Positions 57,444 to 64,000 of a stretch of DNA of 64,000 nucleotides are shown here, in pieces. Each line of letters starts with the position of its first letter. The stretch's first letter is position 1. The notes under the pieces were generated by a model. It saw nothing but the letters and a program-made list of their open reading frames with translations. It made no database searches and was not told where the DNA came from. Location: the NCBI GenBank assembly GCA_030595125.1, contig JAUVDV010000001.1:43861-107860 (forward strand), given 5' to 3'. The position numbers and the translations under genes are program-made. Source of the DNA: Deltaproteobacteria bacterium (GTDB lineage Bacteria > Myxococcota_A > Polyangia > JAAYKL01).

Positions 57444-58585
57444 GGGACGAGGATCCTCGGTGAACCCGGCGCCGCCCGGGTGACGATTTCGTAGTTGATG
57501 GTGTCCGCGAGTCGGGCCAGATCTTCCGCGCTGACGGACTCGTCCCCCACAGATCCGAGGAGGACGACCTCGTCGCCCGCGCGGGCCTGCGCGACATCGG
57601 TGACATCCACCATGGTGAGGTTCATGCAAATACGCCCCACCACGGGAGCACGAGTCCCGCGCACCAGGGTGTGAGCGCCGCCGGACAGTTTTCGATCGTA
57701 GCCATCTGCGTACCCCACCGGGAGAACCGCTATGCGTGTGGGACGGGTCGCGCGGAATGTCCGCCCGTAGCCGACATACTCTCCCGTGGGAACGTCCTTG
57801 ATCTGTGCGATGCGGGTCTTCCAGGTCATGACGGGTCGAAGATCCAGGTCGTTGCGCTCCAGTGCGGCCGCCGAGACCTGGGTCTCCCTGGAGGGCCACA
57901 ACCCGAACAGGCCGATGCCAACCCGGACCATTTGAAAGTGCGTGTCCGAAAAAAGGATTGTCGCTGCGGTACAGGCAGTGTGTGGAATGGGTACGGTCAC
58001 GTCCATCTGTTCGAGGAGCGCTGTGAACCGGTCGATCTGGCCGGCGGCGAAGATGTGATCGGTGGTGTCTTCGATATCCGCGAAGTGGGTGTACGCGCCC
58101 TCGATAGTCACGCCGCCGCCCGCGAGGAGCGAGACGGCTTGCGGCAGCTGGGCGCCTACCAGTCCCTGTCGATTTGTTCCGGTCTCCAGTTTCAGATGCA
58201 CCGGGACCCGGGCGCATGAGGGATGGTCCAGAAGATCTTTCACCCCCCTTGTAGACATGATCGACAACCTCAAACCCGCCTCGACGGCGCAGTCGATCTG
58301 ATCTCGAGAGGTGGCTCCGAGGACCAGGATCGGAACGGTGATTCCCGCTTCGCGAAGGGCCAGTCCCTCGGCCGCCGTGAAGACCCCAAACCAATCGGCG
58401 CAGGATTCTTCGATGGTTTTGGCCACCGGAAGCATGCCGTGTCCGTAGGCGTTCGCCTTGACCACCGCCATGAACGCGAGGTCACGCCCGATGAGTCGGC
58501 GAAACAGGGTCGCGTTGTGAAGGAGGGCCGAACTGGACAACTCGATCCAGTTGTTTGCCTGTTCAATGTCGCGATGGTCGGTCAT
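57440..58585 (-). CDS. alr: Alanine racemase
   Basis: AVVKANAYGHG, VHLKLETG, YTHFA, VRVGIGLFG, GYADG, GRICM, TINYE. Confidence 0.95.
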   Translation of the reverse strand: MTDHRDIEQANNWIELSSSALLHNATLFRRLIGRDLAFMAVVKANAYGHGMLPVAKTIEESCADWFGVFTAAEGLALREAGITVPILVLGATSRDQIDCAVEAGLRLSIMSTRGVKDLLDHPSCARVPVHLKLETGTNRQGLVGAQLPQAVSLLAGGGVTIEGAYTHFADIEDTTDHIFAAGQIDRFTALLEQMDVTVPIPHTACTAATILFSDTHFQMVRVGIGLFGLWPSRETQVSAAALERNDLDLRPVMTWKTRIAQIKDVPTGEYVGYGRTFRATRPTRIAVLPVGYADGYDRKLSGGAHTLVRGTRAPVVGRICMNLTMVDVTDVAQARAGDEVVLLGSVGDESVSAEDLARLADTINYEIVTRAAPGSPRILVP

Positions 58586-58653
58586 CTCAGTTTGATGCAG
58601 TACGTAGTTTGGAGTTTTCAGTCAATAAAGAGCAACGATCGATCGACCCGGGA

Positions 58654-59610
58654 TTATTCCGGATCCTTGCAGCACCGGAAGCCGGCAAAGAGGCTGGTCC
58701 AACCGGCGGTATAACCGCACTGCAGGCGCGAATCCGGGCCCGCGCAGTTGAACGCGCCTCCGCGGATTTCCCAGGATGTTGATGTCAGGGCGATTTCCCA
58801 TACGTTTCCACCGATGTCAAAGGTACCCAGGGTATTGGTGCACTGGGGAAAGTCACCCGTCGGGAGGATCTCGTAGCAGCCATAGGTATAGCCGCAGTTG
58901 TAGCTCAAGTCGCAGCTGCCCATGGGTATGCTGTGGCTCAAGCACCACTCATCGCACAGGGCGCCGACGCTGTTACAGAGGTTTTGATCGAAAGCATTGC
59001 CGAATACATACACGAAATCGCTCTCGCCGGAGCACGCCTCGAACCATTCCTCGGATTGGCAGAGCCGTTTGCCCGCCGCAGCACACGCCGCCTGGAAAGT
59101 ACCGACGTGGGTGGTGTTGATGGGATTGTTCCACCAGGGTTGTTTCCCCGGAACGGAGTGGGCGATGCTGGTGGCAATGCCCTGACTCGTGCTGGTGGCG
59201 TCGTCTCGTGACGCCTCGTATTTGTCGATGCAATACGATTGATAAACCCCCGGCACCGAAGCAGAAGAAACGAAGACCATATCCGACGGGCATCCTCCGT
59301 CCAGGAACGGATCCCCACCGTCCACGGATCCCGCGTCCACCTCGGCGCCGGTGCCGGTATCGGTGACGCTGCCCGTGTCCGTGCAGCCGCCCTCATCTTC
59401 GGTTTCGCTGTCCGTATCCGAATCGGAATCGGAATCCGCGTCCGTGTCGGAATCGGAATCCGTGTCCGTGTCGGAATCGGAATCCGTGTCGCCATCGGCC
59501 CCGGCGTCCATGTCCAGCGAGGCCCAGTAGTCGTAAGTGTCAGGAGAGCAGGCGATCGCAAGGATCACCACAAAAAAGCACAGAATAGGGCAAAGGTTTT
59601 GATGAAGCAT
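58654..59610 (-). CDS. FGE-sulfatase (SUMF1-like) domain lipoprotein with DS/DT linker
   Basis: Lipobox AIAC; CIDKYEAS, GKRLC...EW, DIGGNVWE, GFRCC. Confidence 0.8.
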   Translation of the reverse strand: MLHQNLCPILCFFVVILAIACSPDTYDYWASLDMDAGADGDTDSDSDTDTDSDSDTDADSDSDSDTDSETEDEGGCTDTGSVTDTGTGAEVDAGSVDGGDPFLDGGCPSDMVFVSSASVPGVYQSYCIDKYEASRDDATSTSQGIATSIAHSVPGKQPWWNNPINTTHVGTFQAACAAAGKRLCQSEEWFEACSGESDFVYVFGNAFDQNLCNSVGALCDEWCLSHSIPMGSCDLSYNCGYTYGCYEILPTGDFPQCTNTLGTFDIGGNVWEIALTSTSWEIRGGAFNCAGPDSRLQCGYTAGWTSLFAGFRCCKDPE

Positions 59611-59678
59611 CTCATCACTATGATAACCGCGAACAATGTAAAATGGAGAAAAAATAATAGGCGTTATGATATAGAGCC

Positions 59679-61013
59679 ATGATGTGCGTTCGGGTCACTT
59701 TTCTGGCTTTCGTGGCTGTAATTTCTTTCGGTTGTGACGAACCGGAAGAGATTTCCGTAAGAGTGGATGCGGGGCCGGGTTTGAAAGAACCTGACGCATC
59801 GGCGATTTTGGCACCGCTTTCCAACCCTTCAAAACCCCAGGATGATCCCGACGGGGTTGTGAAAATGCTGGACACTGCCCGGCCGCCGTCCAACAAGAAG
59901 AGCGAGCCCATGCTCGAGCGACCATCGTTCCCGATGCCCGCCGCCGGCACTTCTATCAAAATCCCGGGTGGAACCCTGTCACGGGGCAGCGCGCCGAATG
60001 ATCCGCTGAGAGATCAATATGCTGAGAACGACAATGTCCCCACCACCATAACGCCTTTCGAGATCGATGCTCTTCCATTTCCCAACGATCCGGCCCTTCC
60101 ATTCCTCACTGGTTTGATCCGTGCAGATGCGGAAGCTAAATGCGCCGAGCAGGGAAAGAGATTGTGTACGGAGGTGGAGTGGGAGTGGGCTTGTCGAGGT
60201 GATGACGGTTGTCGTTATCCCGGCGGAAACAAATACCACGATTCGGAATATGCCTCGTCAGATCCGATCTCGCCGCCATCGCCATTCGGTGTTTTTGCCA
60301 TGGGAAGGGTCCTGGAGTGGACCGCGAGTCGATGGGGCTCGGACGCGGATCAAGTAGAGCGGAGTGCGGTGCGCGGATATTCAAAGGGAGAGCTTTCTGC
60401 GGGCAAGCTTCTGTCGGAGCGAAATGGAAGGCGCTGCGCCAAGCGCTGGCATCGCATGCCCGAAACCTCGGCGGCAAACCTGAGCTTCAGGTGCTGCAGC
60501 GGGAAGGTTAACGAAGGCGTTTGCTTCATAGAGGGAACCCGACCCGCCGTAAGCATCTACAACAACATGAAGCCCGACAAATTCGCTGAAGTCATCAAGA
60601 GTATCCCCGAGATCTCAATGATCCACGACAACCCTCACATGTTCAGCGACGCGGATGTGAGAGCAGTTCTGGCCCGGCGAACCAGCGACCGCAAGGAGCT
60701 GGCGCGGCAGGGGATACATTTTCGCTGGAAGCCGTTGCGCTGGATTCCGCGACAGGGGATGGAGCTATGGGTTGCCGTCGGACGTTCCAACCGCCACTCG
60801 TTCGTGGTCGCCTTTCACGAGATAGAGGACAACGAAAAATACGTGTATGCGTCTAGCGTAATCCTGTGGAATCAACCGATACCACTCGCCCTGGTATACC
60901 GAGAGGGTCACAGAGATCAGCTCTTCTGGGCGCCCTGCTGGGGGTGTCGCGATGGGGGCACCGTCGAATTTGATGACAAGAAGAACGAGATCATAATCAC
61001 GTACAAATGGTAG
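59679..61013 (+). CDS. FGE-sulfatase domain lipoprotein with C-terminal extension
   Basis: Lipobox SFGC; GKRLCTEVEWEWACRG, SPFGV, EWT, SFRCC. Confidence 0.75.
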   Translation: MMCVRVTFLAFVAVISFGCDEPEEISVRVDAGPGLKEPDASAILAPLSNPSKPQDDPDGVVKMLDTARPPSNKKSEPMLERPSFPMPAAGTSIKIPGGTLSRGSAPNDPLRDQYAENDNVPTTITPFEIDALPFPNDPALPFLTGLIRADAEAKCAEQGKRLCTEVEWEWACRGDDGCRYPGGNKYHDSEYASSDPISPPSPFGVFAMGRVLEWTASRWGSDADQVERSAVRGYSKGELSAGKLLSERNGRRCAKRWHRMPETSAANLSFRCCSGKVNEGVCFIEGTRPAVSIYNNMKPDKFAEVIKSIPEISMIHDNPHMFSDADVRAVLARRTSDRKELARQGIHFRWKPLRWIPRQGMELWVAVGRSNRHSFVVAFHEIEDNEKYVYASSVILWNQPIPLALVYREGHRDQLFWAPCWGCRDGGTVEFDDKKNEIIITYKW

Positions 61014-61058
61014 CGTCCCGCAAGACTGAAATAAAAGGAAACTATGGAGGGGGGGTTG

Positions 61059-61238
61059 CTAGCGAAGCTCGGCGAGGCGCCGATCGAGATCGTTGAGGCG
61101 TGCCACGAACTGACGGGTCCGTTGTGCTGCCCTGCGTTTTCTGAGATGATCGAGTATTCCGTCGTCCTTCATTTCAGATTCCTCACCCAGGAATAACCGT
61201 TTTTGAAAATCAGAGACGATGTTGTTCAACCAGTTCAT
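61059..61238 (-). CDS. Small hypothetical protein (59 aa)
   Basis: AAGGAGG RBS before ATG at 61238; sigma54-like promoter upstream. Confidence 0.55.
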   Translation of the reverse strand: MNWLNNIVSDFQKRLFLGEESEMKDDGILDHLRKRRAAQRTRQFVARLNDLDRRLAELR

Positions 61239-61267
61239 GCGAACCTCCTTGCCCCACCCTGGATACG

Positions 61268-61283
61268 TGCAAATGTCTTGCCA
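61268..61283 (-). promoter_or_regulatory. Sigma54 (-24/-12) promoter
   Basis: Minus strand TGGCAAGACATTTGCA matches TGGCAC-N5-TTGCA with one mismatch. Confidence 0.6.
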
Positions 61284-61590
61284 AATTGCCACAATTCACT
61301 GATTGTCGTTTGTTTTCCTATATTTAAGTGGGGATATCCGGATTGTCGAAAAGGGGGTAGCGCGAAGCTGATCACCCGGTTTTGCAGCATAATCAGGCTA
61401 ATCCAGTGTCGCCAGGCCAGTCAAATGCAATAGTTTCGGGCAGATAAGTTGGTGCGATTTGTTTTTCGCACCATATTGGCTCCGATCCTGCGAAAGTAGC
61501 GAAAACAATTTGGCGGTTTTCCTATAGTGGCTGTGTGGACTATAATTCGATGCCACTTGAGGTCGTGCAAATTCAAGGAGGAGGATCGGG

Positions 61591-62478
61591 ATGAAGATTT
61601 CCATTGGATACATGCTTATGTCGTTGTTTGTTTTTGTGTTTGCCGCAGGCTGCGGAGGCGCGTCCCCGGGCTCGGCAATAAATGACTCGAGTTCCGTGCG
61701 TGGCGACGCGGTGGAGTTGTGGGCCACTTCGGGCGGTGAAGAGTTGTCCATCTACAGGGTGGAAGGACGCAACTACCTCCTGGGGAGGATGGGTAACGAG
61801 TATCAAATCTGGGTAGCCAATCGCACAGAGGCGCGAATAGAAGTGGTGATCTCGGTGGACGGACGTGATGTCATCTCTGGAAGAAGCGCTAATTACGTGG
61901 AAGACAGGGGATACGTGTTGTCGCCCGGGGAGGAGATTCGCGTGGAGGGGTTCAGGAAGAGCCTGCGGCAGGTGGCGGCGTTCGAGTTTTCGTCGGTGGA
62001 GGAATCATACGGCGCGCGGATGGGTGACGAATTGAGTGTCGGCGTCATCGGCCTTGCGGTGTTCGATGAGGAAGAGGGGGGAGACTACGACAGGCCTGTA
62101 CCAATAGCATCCGGAGATGACCCTCGCGACTACGAGGAGTCGGAGATGCCCTCTGGCCGTCCGGCGGCCTCGCCACATGGAAAGAGCGTGGCCATGCAGC
62201 CGATGGACGATCAGTCATCCCCGGGGTTGGGTACGAAATACGGAGACGAGAAAAGCTCGCAGGCTGAGATCGTTCCCTTCAGGCGTCGGGATCCGGACAG
62301 GCCCATGGGTTTGATGGCTCTGTACTACGATGATCGCGAAGGGCTGGAGCGAATGGGCGTGGTCTTCCCCGAGGATCCTCCCGTGGATGATTTCTGTTCC
62401 GGACCCAATCCCTTTCCCGGTGTGGAGTGCGATAGTACATACGCCCCGCCGCCGCCGCCCCTGAAACAAGGTCGGTAA
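61591..62478 (+). CDS. Hypothetical lipoprotein
   Basis: AAGGAGG RBS; lipobox AAGC; VISVDGRDVISG...GFR...AAFEF...VGVIGLAVF...GLGTKYG. Confidence 0.7.
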   Translation: MKISIGYMLMSLFVFVFAAGCGGASPGSAINDSSSVRGDAVELWATSGGEELSIYRVEGRNYLLGRMGNEYQIWVANRTEARIEVVISVDGRDVISGRSANYVEDRGYVLSPGEEIRVEGFRKSLRQVAAFEFSSVEESYGARMGDELSVGVIGLAVFDEEEGGDYDRPVPIASGDDPRDYEESEMPSGRPAASPHGKSVAMQPMDDQSSPGLGTKYGDEKSSQAEIVPFRRRDPDRPMGLMALYYDDREGLERMGVVFPEDPPVDDFCSGPNPFPGVECDSTYAPPPPPLKQGR

Positions 62479-62515
62479 AATTTTGTCGCGAAAAAAGGAT
62501 GAAAACCGCGCCAGT

Positions 62516-64000
62516 ATGATCGGTGACCCCGCAAAGATCGAGTACCGGGGCAAGACGCTGGACGTGGACAGGGGAACGACGGTCGAACAACTCATGAAGA
62601 TCCATCCCCACGAGGGAGATGATCAGATCGTCGCAGCTGTGATCAACAACCGCGTCGTGTCGCTATCCGCCCAGATCCTCAGATCCGGCACGGTTGAGCC
62701 GGTGTCGGTCAAGTCCCACTTCGGTGCTCGCATCTACCGGCGTCATGTGACGATGATGCTATACGAAGTGTTTCATCGTTTGTTTCCGAAGGCGCATATA
62801 TTCGTGGGGCAGGCCATCTCCGAGGGTTATTACTTCGAAGTGACCGGGGTCGAGGTAGACGACAAGTTTCTGAGTGAGATTACTCGAGAGATGAAGGTTC
62901 TTGTCGCAAAAAAGGATCCGTTCGTCTTCTACAGAACCCCGGTCGAGGAAGCTCGGCGCCTGTTCGCGCGGAAGGGAGAGTCGGTGAAGAGGTTGGTTCT
63001 GGATAGGTGGCAGTCCTCTCACGTGGGAATCATGAGCCTCGGGAAAACGGTGGATTTCTGCCTCGGACCGGTGGCTCCCCATACCGGGTATTTCGGTGAA
63101 TTCGAGTTGTTTCAGCTGGGTGACGATTTCGTCCTCCAGTTTCCAAACATGTTGCGCCCGGACATTGTGAGAAACGAGGGTCCCCAGACCAAGCTCTACC
63201 AGACCCACAAGGAGGCCAGGGAGTGGAGCCGGCGGCTCGGCGTGGCCCACGTGGCCGATCTGAACAACGCATGCATCGACGGGAGCATCCGCGAGATCAT
63301 CAAGGTGGTGGAGGGATTGCACGAGAAGCGCATCTCCGACATCGCAGATCTGATCGTCACGAACCGGGACCGCAAGTTGGTGTTCGTGTCCGGGCCTTCG
63401 TCGGCGGGAAAGACCACCTTCGCCAAGCGGATCTCCATTCAACTAAAGGTGGCGGGGATCCGCCCCACGGCGTTGTCCCTCGACAACTATTATGTCGATC
63501 GCCATCAGACGCCCAGGGACGATTCGGGGGAGTTCGATTTCGAGGCGCTCGAGGCCATCGATCTCGAGAGGTTCAACAGGGACCTTCGCAGCATCCTTGA
63601 TGGCCAGGAGGTGCTCACGCCGGTCTACAACTTCCAGAGCGGAAAGCGGGCGCACGAGGACAAGTGGATCCCCATAAAGCTCCACGACGACGAGGTATTG
63701 ATCATCGAGGGTATTCACGGACTGAATGATGCCCTCGCACCTGCCATTCCGGCATCGGAGAAGTTCCGAATCTACATCAACGCGCTCAACCCTCTGGCCA
63801 TAGACGAGCACAACAGACTACACACCTCCGACACCAGGCTCATCCGAAGGCTCGTTCGAGATCGCCATTATCGTGGATACTCTGCCGCGCAGACCATCAA
63901 GATCTGGCAGTCAGTGCGCAGGGGAGAGAGACGACATATCTTCCCGTTCCAGGAGTCGGCGGATGTCATCTTCGACACTTCGTTGATCTACGAGTTCTCG
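62516..64000 (+). CDS. Uridine/nucleoside kinase with TGS/ThrRS-like N-terminal region (runs off window end)
   Basis: Frame read manually from ATG 62516; SGPSSAGKTT P-loop, LSLDNYY, IIEGIHGLN, RRLVRD, PFQESAD. Confidence 0.85.
   Translation, partial: MIGDPAKIEYRGKTLDVDRGTTVEQLMKIHPHEGDDQIVAAVINNRVVSLSAQILRSGTVEPVSVKSHFGARIYRRHVTMMLYEVFHRLFPKAHIFVGQAISEGYYFEVTGVEVDDKFLSEITREMKVLVAKKDPFVFYRTPVEEARRLFARKGESVKRLVLDRWQSSHVGIMSLGKTVDFCLGPVAPHTGYFGEFELFQLGDDFVLQFPNMLRPDIVRNEGPQTKLYQTHKEAREWSRRLGVAHVADLNNACIDGSIREIIKVVEGLHEKRISDIADLIVTNRDRKLVFVSGPSSAGKTTFAKRISIQLKVAGIRPTALSLDNYYVDRHQTPRDDSGEFDFEALEAIDLERFNRDLRSILDGQEVLTPVYNFQSGKRAHEDKWIPIKLHDDEVLIIEGIHGLNDALAPAIPASEKFRIYINALNPLAIDEHNRLHTSDTRLIRRLVRDRHYRGYSAAQTIKIWQSVRRGERRHIFPFQESADVIFDTSLIYEFS

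Noticed and set aside
57114-58394. 426-aa ORF overlapping alr
   Set aside because: Only the last 109 codons (from ATG 57443) look like a real lipoprotein; the rest is an alternative frame of alr

Overview
Bacterial chromosomal window, GC-rich with several lower-GC patches. A Myxococcota/deltaproteobacterium-like origin is inferred from the many Cys-rich and Asp-Thr-linker lipoproteins, PEGA, FGE-sulfatase and sigma54 systems. Housekeeping genes include an amgK-like kinase, dcp, lysC-lysA, dusB, dnaK, a 2-oxoacid:ferredoxin oxidoreductase operon, an hsp20 pair, alr and a uridine kinase; these are interspersed with many exported lipoproteins. No rRNA, tRNA or CRISPR array was recognised. The most striking structure is two cargo blocks, each flanked by a slightly diverged direct duplication of the upstream gene's 3' end: 71 bp of dnaK around a phosphatase plus an HUH/Y1 RAYT-like transposase, and 86 bp around a radical SAM gene. 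A four-copy AAAAGTGACTGGCACCG motif also occurs, and a ~70-bp direct repeat carrying it brackets a def-larA pair. Together these suggest, as an inference, a RAYT/REP-linked cassette-insertion process. Also notable are a lipoprotein-anchored peptide deformylase and a modular family of lipoproteins in which unrelated passenger domains follow (Asp-Thr/Ser)n linkers. All product calls come from motif recognition by eye, not database searches.
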